NCBI GenBank assembly: GCA_002361595.1
Contig: DETJ01000039.1
Location: forward strand, 960 to 64,959
Reading direction: 5' to 3'
Origin: Patescibacteria group bacterium UBA3291
GTDB taxonomy: Bacteria; Patescibacteriota; Gracilibacteria; Absconditabacterales; Absconditicoccaceae
Length of the DNA stretch: 64,000 nt
The notes under the pieces were generated by a model. It was not told where the DNA came from and ran no database searches. It saw only the letters and a program-made list of their open reading frames with translations. Shown one piece after another: positions 49,301 through 60,562 of this stretch. Numbering within the stretch: the stretch's first letter is position 1; each line of letters begins with the position of its first letter. Both the position numbers and the translations under genes were made by a program.

Positions 49301-52300
49301 TCAACTGTAAATCAGTATGAAGTAATATTTGTAGATGAAGATGGAACTGAGTTAAAAGAAGCTACAGCATATGATTATGAAACGGCTGCTGCAGATATAG
49401 TTAAACCAGCTGATCCAGAAAAGGAGGGATATACATTTGCAGGTTGGGATCCAGAAGTTGTAGAAGTAACAGATGATGCTATTTATACTGCTACATATAC
49501 AGCTAATTCATATTCAGTACATTTCGATAAGAATGATATAAAAGCTACATGAACTATGTCAGATCAGTCATTCACATATGATGAAGCAAGTAAAGCATTG
49601 ACAGCAAATACATTCTCTAAAGAAGGATATACATTTGCAGGTTGGGCTACTTCAAGTGATGGAGAGGTTGTTTATACAGATGGACAGTCAGTTCAGAATT
49701 TAACATCAGCAGAGGATGGTGTTGTAAATCTTTATGCTAAATGGACAGCTAATACTGATACACCATACATAGTAAAACACTGTAAACAGGATTTAGAAGA
49801 TGAAACTAAATTTGAAGATTGTGAATCTGAAGATAAAGAATGAACAACAGATACAGATACAGCAGCTGGAGCAAAGACATATGAATGATTTACAGCTCCA
49901 AGTGTGATTACACAGGAAAATATTGAATGAGATGGAAGTACAATTGTTGAAATAAGGTATACTAGAAATTCTTATACATTGAGTTATGAATATACAAATA
50001 CTCCAGAATCAACTATGCCAACTTTGCCAGCAGTTGAAACATATAAATTCTGAGCTTCTATTACATTGGCAGAAGTTCCATCAATGAATGGATATACATT
50101 TGAATGATGGCAGGATTTCCCTGAAGGAAATACAATGCCTGCTAATGATGTAACTGTAAAATGAACATGGACACCAGTAAAATATACAGTATCAGTTTTG
50201 ACTAAAACAGATGCTGAAGATTCAGCATTATGATGAGTTGTTTATGGTGCTGGAGACTATGATTATAAGAGTGAAGTTACATTGTTTGCTATACCAAATG
50301 AATGATATGACTTTATTGGATGGACATGGGAATGACAGGATGAATTAGTAAAACCACAAGTTAAGATTATTCAATCATTATTAGCTAATCAAACGCTTAC
50401 AGCACATTTCCAGACTAGTGAACATACTGTAGAATTTGATAGTGATTGATGAACAGCTAGACCTACACAGACTATTAAACATTGATTGAAGGTAATAGAA
50501 CCTGAAGATCCGACTAAAGAATGATATACATTCAATGGATGGTATAATGGAAATGATGAATATAATTTTGATACTCCAGTAACTTCAGATCTTCAATTAA
50601 AAGCACATTGGACAATCAATCAATATACAATCACGTTTGATACAGATGGTGGAACTGAAATAGCTCCAATTACTCAAGATTATAATACAGCTGTAACAGC
50701 ACCAGCAGATCCTACTAAAGATGGATACACATTTGATGGTTGGGATAAGGATATCCCAGCTATAATGCCAGCTGAAGATATGACAATTACTGCTCAATGG
50801 AGTATTGCTCATTATGGAGTAAATTTAGTAGATGATGATCACTCTACACTTAGTCTTATAAGTCATGAAAGTGGAGAAGATATTCAGTATGGAGAAACTG
50901 TTAAAGTTAGTGTTTCATTTGATGATCGTTATCAGTTAGATTCTATATCTTCAAATGAAGTAACTCTAACTAAAGAATCAGATTCTGTATATAGTTTTGT
51001 AATGCCTGCATGATGAGTTGTAGTTACATTAAAATCAAAACCAGTAGAATATAGAATAAAATATAACTGGATAGGATGAGCTTTGGATGATGGAGAAGAG
51101 AATCCAGATACATATAATATAGAAAATTATGATAATCTAGTATTATATAATCCAAGTAAACAGTGATCTATATTTAAATGATGGCAATTGTTTGGTGGAG
51201 AATTCTTTGATGGAGAATGATCACATACAACACAAGTAGAAATTGATTCAGATGAAATTTGAGAGCCTCAGACATTTAGTGCAGTATGGGATGAAGAGGT
51301 TTATCCTATTACATATCATCTATGAGATGAAATACTTGGTATATATTGGGTAAAATATGATAGTTATGCTAATTATATTTCTCAAACTAGAGAATGATAT
51401 GCATTTGATGCGTGGTATACTGATTCAGATTTTGAACTTGAACATAAATACAATTTCTGAAAAGTGACATGACCACTTCATTTATATGCAAGATGGATAG
51501 CATCAGAGCAGACATATCATGTATATCATAAATACTTAAAAGCTGATGGTTCGACAGAAAGAACTCAACATGTACAGTATGCTGTTCATACAGATGATTA
51601 TATTCCTGAAGTACCAAGAAATGAAGATGCAGTGAATGATGGATATTTATTGCCAGAAGTACAGCATATAAGAATTAAAGCATGATCAGATAATGAGGTT
51701 ATTTATATATACGAGAGAGCGCCATTTACTATTACTTATAAGGATGGTAATAAACAAATAGATAAAAAAACAATACTTTATGGAGCAGATATTCCGACTA
51801 TGGTAGCTCCAGTGAAAGAATGATATACATTTGATGATTGGTATTCTGATTCAGAATTGACTCAACCTTATGAGATTCCGGAAACAATGCCGGCTGACAA
51901 TATTGTAGTGTATGCTAAATATGATATAAATAAACATACAGTTAGATATATGGACGGTAATAGAGTACTTCAAAAATTTGATAATGTAGAATATGGATCA
52001 GATTTCCCTACTCTTTCAGAGAATCCTTCAAAGGATGGATATGATTTCGTAGGTTGGGAAACTATTCCAGCTACAATGCCAGATCGTGATGTAGATATTC
52101 AGTCGATATGGGATGCACAGATATTTACTGTTACATTTAAGCATGAAGATGGAACAACTCTTCAGTCAAGTAGTGTAGCATATGGACAGAATCCAAGTTA
52201 TAATGGAGTGACTCCAACTAAACCAGCAACATTAGAGCATATGTATACATTTGTATGATGGAATGATGAAACGACTACTTATGCTCCAGAACAGACTCTT

Positions 52301-55300
52301 CCAGCTGTTTCATGAGATACTGTGTATACAGCAGTATTTGATGAGGATACAAGTAAGTATACAGTAACATTTGTGGATGAGGATGGTGAAACTGTTTTGA
52401 AAGCGACAACTCGATATGATTATCAAACGTCTGTTGCAGATATAATTAAACCAACTAATCCAACTAAAGCGGCTACAGCTGAATATACATATACATTTGG
52501 TGGATGGGATCCAGCTCTTGCTCCAGTGACACAAAATGTAACATATATGGCTACTTATACTCAGACTCCAAATACATATACAATTACATTTAATACTGAT
52601 TGATGAACTCCGAGAAGTTCGATTACAGCAGCATATGGAACTGATATAACAGAGCAGTTGCCAGCAGATCCAGAAAAACAGTGACATCATTTTGATGGAT
52701 GGGATAAGGTTATTCCAGCTACAATGCCATCACATGATATGACTATCACAGCTCAATGGACAAAGTATTATTATAATTTAACATTTAATGCTGCATCTCA
52801 TTCTAAAGTAACTAAGAAAACAACTTCTCAGGATGGTACTTATGCATATAATGATGAAGTAGAAGTCTCTGTTTCAGTAGATGATGGGTATAGATTGAGT
52901 AATATTACAGCTGTAGCTACTACAGCACAGTGAGATCAGGAAGTTAGGCTATATGATCAGTGAAACGGAGTATACTCATTCTTTATGCCAGCTAATCCAG
53001 TGGTTATTTCAACAGAGGTAGAGGCTATTGATTATGGAATTGAATATGATTTGGCAGGTGGAAGTGTGGATGATGAATATCCAGATAGTTATGATATGGA
53101 TCATTTAACACTGACATTGAAGAATCCTATTAGAGAATGATATACATTCAAATGATGGAAAGATGAAAAATGAAGAAATATTAATGCAGGAAATACTACA
53201 ACTACTATTAATATAAATTCATCTGATAAATCAAGTAAGCTATATACAGCACAGTGGGATGTTATTGAATATAATGTGAAATATTATGTGGATGGAATTA
53301 TTAAATGAAATGAAAAAGTTTCGCATAATGAGCAGGCTGATATAACTACTTATAGACCAGAGGTACAAGAATGATATTATTTTGATGGATGGTATTTAGA
53401 TTCACAGAAAGAAAATAGATATACATTGGATGGTGTAGTTGCAGATATTGAATTATATGGATTTGTAATTGCATCAGATCAGTGATATCTAGTAAAGCAT
53501 AGATATGAAAAATTGGATGGATGATATGATGAGATGCAGATTCCTGTAACAGATGGTGTAGTGACTGATCAAATAGTTTCACCAGAATTTGAACCTAAAG
53601 ATTGATTTAAAAATCCTAGTGCTAGAAAGGTAATACAAATTAGGCCTGGATGACTATTGACAAATGAAGTAATCTATGAATATACTAGAGAGAGTTATCA
53701 GGTGACTTATAAAAATGATGGTGAAGATGATCAATATAGAATGGTTAAATTTGAAGATTATATTCCAGTCTTAACTGTTTCATCGAAAACTGGACAAACA
53801 TTCAAAGGATGGTATAAGGTTGAAAATGATGAAGTTACAGATGAAAAATTGACAAATCTGACTACTATGTCTACATCTCCTGTAGTATATAAAGCTGTAT
53901 GGGATGATGAAGAATATACTATTACATTTAATGTGGATGGAGGTAGTGTAATCAATCCAATTACTGGAAAATACTGAGATCCTATTTCAGTGGATGCACC
54001 TACTAAACCTGGATATACATTCGCATGATGGGATCCTGCACTTCCAGACAAGATGCCTGCTGAAAACATGATAGCTACAGCTCAGTGGACTATTAATCAG
54101 CATAAAGTTACATTGACAGATTCAGATCATGTAACATTGAATTATTTAACAGTTCCTGATGCTTGAAATAAATATGATTATGCATCTACAGTATCAGTGA
54201 TAGCACATGTAGATGATGGATATGATTATACTGTGGATAGTGAAGAAGTAGATTTGATTTACAAGTGAGATGGAGTATATCAATTCAAAATGCCAGATAC
54301 TCCAGTAACGATTAGAGCTACAGCTACGGCTAAAACTTATGATATTGATTATATATTAGATGGATGAAGTCTGCCACAGTGAGTATCTAATCCAGTACAT
54401 TATGGTCCTACAGCTCTTACATTAACATTGAATAATCCTGATAGAGATGGATATACATTCAAATGATGGAAAGATGAAACATGAAGATTATTCTATGATG
54501 AAGATTCAGATACTACACAGGTTACAATTAACAATTCTCCATTAGTAGATAAAACATATACAGCGCAATGGGAAGTTAATACCTATCTAGTTAGATTTGA
54601 GATGGATGGACATACTGTAAATCAGCAAGTAATTACTTATAGATGACATGCAAATTATGTAAATCAGTCTAAGGATGGTTATGAATTCCCAGGATGGTAT
54701 ACAGATCCAGATTTTGCACAGTGAACTGAATATAATTTCAATACACCAATCACATCAGATTTGGTATTATATGGAAAGTTTGTCGCTAGTGAGAGTGAAT
54801 ATATAGTTATCCATAAATATTTAAATGTAGATGGAATTACATATAAACCATATGTTGTACATCATACAGATGTTAAGACAGATGATTTTATAGCAGAAGT
54901 TCCTTTTGCACCGAGAGATTGATTTGTAAATCCATCTCCAAAGAGCATAAAGGTTATGGCTAATGCGGAGAATATTGTAGAATATGTTTATCAGAGAGAT
55001 TACTTCGATATTGTTTATGATGTAAATGGTTGAACTCCAGAAGTAGCTACTCAGACAATAATGTTTGGTACTAAGATTCCAGTTCCTGAAGCTCCAACTA
55101 AAGAATGATATACATTTAGATGATGGCAAAAACAGTGAACTACAGAAATTCTGAATGATAATACAATTCTCAATGATGCTCAGACAGTGACTTATGTAGC
55201 ACAGTGGTGAGAAAATGAATATACAATTACATTTGATACAGATGGATGAAGTGCAATAGATCCTATTACTCAGGATTATGGTACAGCTATTACAGTTCCA

Positions 55301-56668
55301 GCAGATCCAACTAAAGATGGATATACATTTGCAGGTTGGGTTCCAGCAATTCCAGCTACAATGCCATTGTGAGGATTGACTGTAAAAGCTCAATGGACAG
55401 CAAATAAGTATACAATTACATTTAATACAGATGGTGGAACTGAAATTGCTCCAATTACTCAGGATTATGATACAGAGATTACACCACCAGCTAATCCTAC
55501 TAAAGAATGATATACATTTGCTGGATGGAATCCTGCACTTCCAGCTAAGATGCCATTGAATGGATTGACTGTAAAAGCTCAATGGTCACTCGGTGGATTT
55601 ACGATTACATTTGATACAGATGGATGAAGTGCAATAGATCCTATTACTCAGGATTATGATACAGATGTAGTTGCACCAGCAGATCCGACTAAAGAATGAT
55701 ATACATTTGCATGATGGGATCCTGCACTTCCAGCTAAGATGCCTGCTGAAAATATGACTATTAAGGCTCAATGGACAGTTAATCAATATACAATTACATT
55801 TGATACAAATGGATGAAGTGCTATCGATCCAATTACTCAGGATTATGGTACACCTCTAATTGTCCCAAATCCTACTAAACCTGGATATACATTTAAGTGA
55901 TGGGATCCTGCACTCCCTGCTACGGTTCCTGCTGGAGATATCGTTGTAGTAGCTCAATGGGAAAAATCATGAGGAAGTAGCTCTGGAGGTGGAGGATGAG
56001 GTGGATGATCATCTAGAAGATCAGAAACTCCACAAGAGAAGGATGACAAAAAATCTGAAGAGAATATGCATGGTTCAGCAGATGATGAAGTAATCCAGAA
56101 TGAAGAAGTAGATAATTGAGATGCTGCTGAAGAATTAGTTATTGAGCCAGAAGCTTTATCTGCATATGAATGGGCTAGGAAATATGATATTACGACTATG
56201 AGTCCAGTTGAAAATGCAGATCCTGATGGATATGTACTTAGATGACATTTGGCAAAGATGGTTGTAAATTATATGGTGAATGTACTTTGAAGAGAAGTGC
56301 CATATGATGTACCGTATGAATGTGTAGCATGGAATGATGATCCATCAATTTGGGAGTCTGATGAGATTAGAGATTATGCAACAAAGTCTTGTGCATTATG
56401 AGTGATGTGAATACAAATGTGGAATAATGAATTTAAGCCAAATGATATAGTAACTAGAGCTGAATTTGGAACAGTGGTATCTAGAATACTATGGTGAGAT
56501 AAATATAATTCTTCGAATACTAAATCAAGATATCGATATACATTACATTTACGTGCTTTGAAGAAAGAGTGAATCATGACTCAAATAACTAGACCAATGA
56601 AATGGTTGGAAATTAGAAAATGGGTATGGGTAGTTATGATGAGGACACAAGAATTCTTGAATAAATAA
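34361..56668 (+). CDS. Giant secreted surface protein (about 7435 aa): signal peptide, acidic linkers, two Fibrobacter-succinogenes-type paralogous (FISUMP) domains, dozens of Listeria-Bacteroides repeats (Flg_new type), MucBP-like modules and an SLH-like C-terminus
   Basis: All 18 track ORFs checked between 36473 and 53977 on the + strand are in frame with 34361. Hand translation of about 5 kb (34361..39300) and of the C-terminus shows only TGA interruptions. The signal peptide is [27 protein letters not shown]. The recurring unit is P.KEGYTF.GW......FDF.TP.T.D.TLYAKW. The stop is TAA at 56666. Confidence 0.85.
34627..34774 (+). repeat. Four tandem REP-like nucleotide units embedded in the coding sequence of the giant gene
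   Basis: Units at 34627..34653, 34666..34691, 34708..34734 and 34747..34774 match the intergenic units at 24163 and 34038. They are translated as [27 protein letters not shown] and DSSHSFEMT. Confidence 0.7.
35320..36060 (+). other. FISUMP-type domain 1 of the giant protein
   Basis: [47 protein letters not shown] and GHNIRCFQN. Confidence 0.7.
37540..38285 (+). other. FISUMP-type domain 2 of the giant protein
   Basis: [47 protein letters not shown] and GYGVRCFKD. Confidence 0.7.
46078..46596 (+). other. Unassigned insert module, copy A, within the repeat array
   Basis: [13 protein letters not shown] ... GEVLFLGF ... [15 protein letters not shown] ... PSWVDE ... [28 protein letters not shown]. 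Confidence 0.6.
48614..49093 (+). other. Unassigned insert module, copy B
   Basis: [14 protein letters not shown] ... GDVLFIKS ... [15 protein letters not shown] ... PSWTDG ... [32 protein letters not shown]. Confidence 0.6.
56150..56665 (+). other. SLH-like cell-wall-binding C-terminal region of the giant protein
   Basis: After a GGGGGGGG/Ser spacer: [12 protein letters not shown]...[18 protein letters not shown] ... [15 protein letters not shown]...[20 protein letters not shown]. This follows the SLH-type pattern W...GI..G....F.P...ITRAE. Confidence 0.5.
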
Positions 56669-56678
56669 TCTCATAGAA

Positions 56679-56716
56679 AAAGAATCTGAACTTTATTGTT
56701 TGGATTCTTTTTTTTG
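56679..56716 (+). terminator. Probable terminator of the giant gene
   Basis: Stem AAAGAATC/GATTCTTT with a 16-nt loop, followed by a T-run. Confidence 0.5.
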
Positions 56717-56788
56717 TCTGAAACTTGAAAAATTTATAGATAAATTTATACAGATTGTGTATGTTTTTGATTTTATTATTGATTTTGA

Positions 56789-57781
56789 ATGCTGCAGGGT
56801 AGACAATGATATGAATCTGTATTTAATGTAAAGGGAGATAAGGTTTTGCTCGTGTGATTTTGGTGATTCAAAAATATGTGAGATGAATTAATCTTACTAT
56901 GAAATATAAAATTATTGCAGAAACAGTGAAAAAAAATATTTATAGTTTCTCAAGATAATAAGTGGTTAAAAATATTTCTATCAAAAGAAGTTGATTGTTC
57001 AGATATTACATTTTTAGATGAACTTCCAAGGGGATTTAGGAGTACATTTAAATATCTTAAGAAGAATGGATTTAGTCAGATTAAAGATTCTTGGAATATT
57101 GATACAGTGATTCTTGGATGAGGTGAAATATTGACTGAAGAATCTCCACATTCGTATTATTATCGATTCTGGTCTATCTGGCCAAGTTTGCTATTAAGGA
57201 GAAATCTGTATATTATGTGAGGTGTACAAATTCCTAAAAAAACAATCAATAAACTATTATTCAATTTGATACTTAGAAATACCAATAAAATTTACTGTAG
57301 GGATTTTGAATGAGTATCAGAATTGAAAAAATATTGATTTGAAAATGCTGAATTTTTTATGGATACGAGTTATTATGTGAGAAATGATTGGAAAAAATAT
57401 TTACATAAAAATGCAAAGAAATACATTGTTGTGAATATAAACAAGAATGGTAAACAGTTTATGGATGATCTCAAAAAGGAAGTAAAAATATATTTGGATA
57501 AATGATATGAATGTTATTTTGTGCCAGTATGTGATGGATGGACAGATGATGACAATAGATTCTTCTCTGAAATACAAAAAGATTTTCCGTCAATAAAATT
57601 GAAAAAATGGGATGATGATTTTGAAAAATTTTTGCAGTTTTTATGATGAGCTGAAATCGTAATAAGTGCTAGATTGCATTTATATTTAATTAGTGAATAT
57701 ATTTGACTAAATACGAAAGTTTTTCCATATCAGAAAAAAATCAACAAAATGCAAAAGGTTATATCAGAGATTGAATTGTAG
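56789..57781 (+). CDS. csaB: Polysaccharide pyruvyl transferase (CsaB family)
   Basis: KVLLVGFWGFKNMGDELILLGNIKLL (family pattern G.YG..N.GDE.IL), VILGGGEIL, YCRDFEGVSELKKYG and GGAEIVISARLHLYLIS. Confidence 0.75.
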
Positions 57782-57806
57782 TTTTTAGATTATTATTATG
57801 TAATTC

Positions 57807-58736
57807 ATGAAATTTTCTGTAATAGTACCAGTATATAATGAAAAAAACTCAATCTGAAAACTTTTGGATTCATTATATTCTCAGACTAGAAAACCAGATG
57901 AAATTATAATAGTGGATTGATGATCTAAAGATTGAACATATGAAATTTTACAGGAAGAAGAGAAGAAATGAAAAATTAAACTTTTGAGAAATCCTGTTCG
58001 TCAATGAAATATAGCTAGATCTAGGAACTTGGCTATAAAAAATAGTTCATATGATTTGATATTGTGTACAGATGCAGGTAATCAGTTGAATAAAGATTGG
58101 TGTGAATCTTACCTGAAAGTATATGAAATAACTGATGAAAAAGTAGTTTGATGAAAATCTGAATTTATAGCTACGACTAAATTTCAGAAAAATTGTATTC
58201 CTCGTTTGACATCTAAAGTGCCAAATTTCCCATCTAGAAATGTATCTTTTTATAAGCAAGCTCGAAAAGATGCATGATGATATCCAGAATTTTTAACTCT
58301 TTGGGCAGAGGATACTTATTTTAATAATAGGCTCAAAGATGCAGGATATCATTTTTATTACTGTAAAGATGCAGTAGTAAAGTGGGAACTTAGAAAAAAT
58401 TATTATGAAATATACAAAATGTATAGAAATTATACTCAGTGAGATGCTGAGGTTCTCATTGCTAAATGAAAAAACCAGAGCATTTCAATTAAGCAATCGA
58501 TTATATTTGTATGTTTCTTTTTGTGTCTATTTCTTTCAATATTTGTACTGAAATGGTGGTTTATTCCAGTTGTGATTTTATGATTAATTGGAATCTGATT
58601 GTACAAAAGGACTCCAGGATGATTCCGATTTGATTTGCATTTTAGTTGTGCAAAAATTGTATGAATGACGGTCTGATTCATTAAGTGAATTTTTTCTTGA
58701 TTGCGTATTCGTATGAGGGAAAAGAAGAAAAAATAG
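57807..58736 (+). CDS. Family 2 glycosyltransferase with C-terminal TM segments
   Basis: MKFSVIVPVYNEKNSIGKLLDSL, IIIVDGGSKDGT, LCTDAGN, and PSRNVSFYKQA-CGA-KDAGGYPE. Confidence 0.8.
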
Positions 58737-60041
58737 TTATTTATTTTCAGATTTTTCTAATTTTCTGAGTCATTTTATGTGATATTTGGCAGATAACCAG
58801 TATCATATCATTATACAGCATTCAGCTATCACAAGAGCATAAGCTGCTCAGTTTATTCCATACCTTGGAATAAAGTATAATGCACAGCTTACATTTATAA
58901 TTGCAATAAATACTTGAACATAGAGTCTGGTGTACTCTTTGGACATCGCAGTTAATGCGTTACCAAATACATAACTTAATGATTTGAATATCAGGATTAC
59001 GGATAATATTTTCATTATATTTATAGTAGTTGCATCTGTAAATTCTGTTCCGTATAGTAGATTTAGAATAAATTTTGCTAATAATACAAATCAAGCACAA
59101 CATATGATTGATAGTAATAGGTGATAGAGAGCAAATTTTCTGATTAGATGCTGGAAACGGTCCATGGAAATTTTTGTGGAAGCTACCAATTTGGTAAACA
59201 TAGCCATGGAGAAAACATTAAATAGTATGTATACATAGCTTAATAATTTATAAGGAGCAGAGAAAAGTCATACATCGCTTTCTCATCTAAATTTTTCTAT
59301 CAAAACTATAATTACATCTGAATAGAAATAAGCGAAAACTCCTCATAAGAAGAAAGGTATACTCATTCTTAGAATGTTTTTCATAAATTGTAAGTCGAGG
59401 CGACTTTTTTCAAAGTGAAAATATTTTTTGATATACAATAATGATGTTATTAAATTTATAATACTTGAGGCTAAATATCAGTAAAAAATTGATTTAACAC
59501 TCTGGTCGAAGTAAAGGAATATGATGGTACATACAAATAATATCAGATTATTCCATATTTTTAGACTGGCTTCATGTTCCATTTTTTCTTCACTACGGAA
59601 GAAAATCCTGAAAAATTCGAGAAAACTAGCGACGATAGAGTATAATAAGTATAGTATTATTAATGTGCTGTAAGTACTTACATTGTCATTATAACGGCTT
59701 AGTACTAATATTATTATCAGTGTGATTACAGATAATATTCATTTGATGAAAGAAACATTAGTTAGGTATTTGCTAGCGTTTTTGGGATTTTTACTAAGCT
59801 CTCTAAAAGATAGGTTAGTAAGTCAAAAATCAATAATTAAGACGAAAAAAGTAATAAATGTTATTACATAATTATATATTCAGAATTCTGATTTTCATAG
59901 TTTACGAGCAATCCAAAGACCAATCAAAAAAGTAAACAGTCTAGCAACAAATTCTGAAACCAACAATCGGAAGCTATTTTTTGCTACTGTTTGTTTGAAT
60001 GATGTATTTTGAAATAGAAAGTTTTTTATTCTTTTTGGCAT
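58737..60041 (-). CDS. Wzx/MOP-superfamily polysaccharide flippase
   Basis: 434 codons and about 12 hydrophobic segments. The N-terminus is MPKRIKNFLFQNTSFKQTVAKNSF..LVSEFVARLFTFLIGLWIARKLG. The stop abuts the GT2 stop (convergent). Confidence 0.7.
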
Positions 60042-60562
60042 ATTTATGATTCGAATTATATCTTTGATTTTATACAAAGTTTAACTATTTTCAATAAATA
60101 GATAATAATACATTGATTTAGATAAATAATTCTGTATGTTACGGATGTCATAAAAAAAGAAAAAAGATTCGGGAATCATATCGGACATATTTGGGGTAGC
60201 TATCAATGGTGCATCGATTGGATAGTATACCGAGTTAGAGCGGGGTAGGTCGAAGAATTCATTTCTACTTTATGACAAAACAGGGGTAAAACAAAAAATT
60301 AAACAAAATTACGTGAAGATACAGAAAAACTATGAACGGTGTACTTCACAAGATGGTCAATTGGGTTAATTCTAGATTAACCAAATAATTAATAATAGAT
60401 TAGTACGAGATGAATTGGGTTAGTAGGTTCTTAAAAACTTGTGAATAGATATTTATATATTCACTAACTCCTATATAACGGACATATCCAGGTGCGATCA
60501 TTATTGATTATCACTAAAGAACTAAAAAAGGAAGAATTGGATTGAGATATAATTTTTTAACG

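Noticed and set aside
54821-55786. 253-aa and 66-aa Cys/Ser/Ile-rich minus-strand ORFs; similar ones lie at 52310..52690, 46751..47041 and 44630..44905.
   Set aside because: They are antisense shadows of the repeat array in the giant gene. Their periodicity mirrors the sense-strand repeats and they have no independent signals.
37000-56000. Highly periodic repeats that could be taken for a CRISPR array or satellite.
   Set aside because: The units are about 200-240 nt, diverged, in one continuous reading frame, and encode a recognisable protein repeat. There are no short identical direct repeats separated by unique spacers, and no cas genes.
60170-60260. GGGGTAGGTCGAAG... resembling the 5' end of tmRNA.
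   Set aside because: No tRNA-like 3' half (T-arm GGTTCGAATCC plus acceptor) or tag-peptide reading frame could be found downstream. I treat it only as part of a structured leader.
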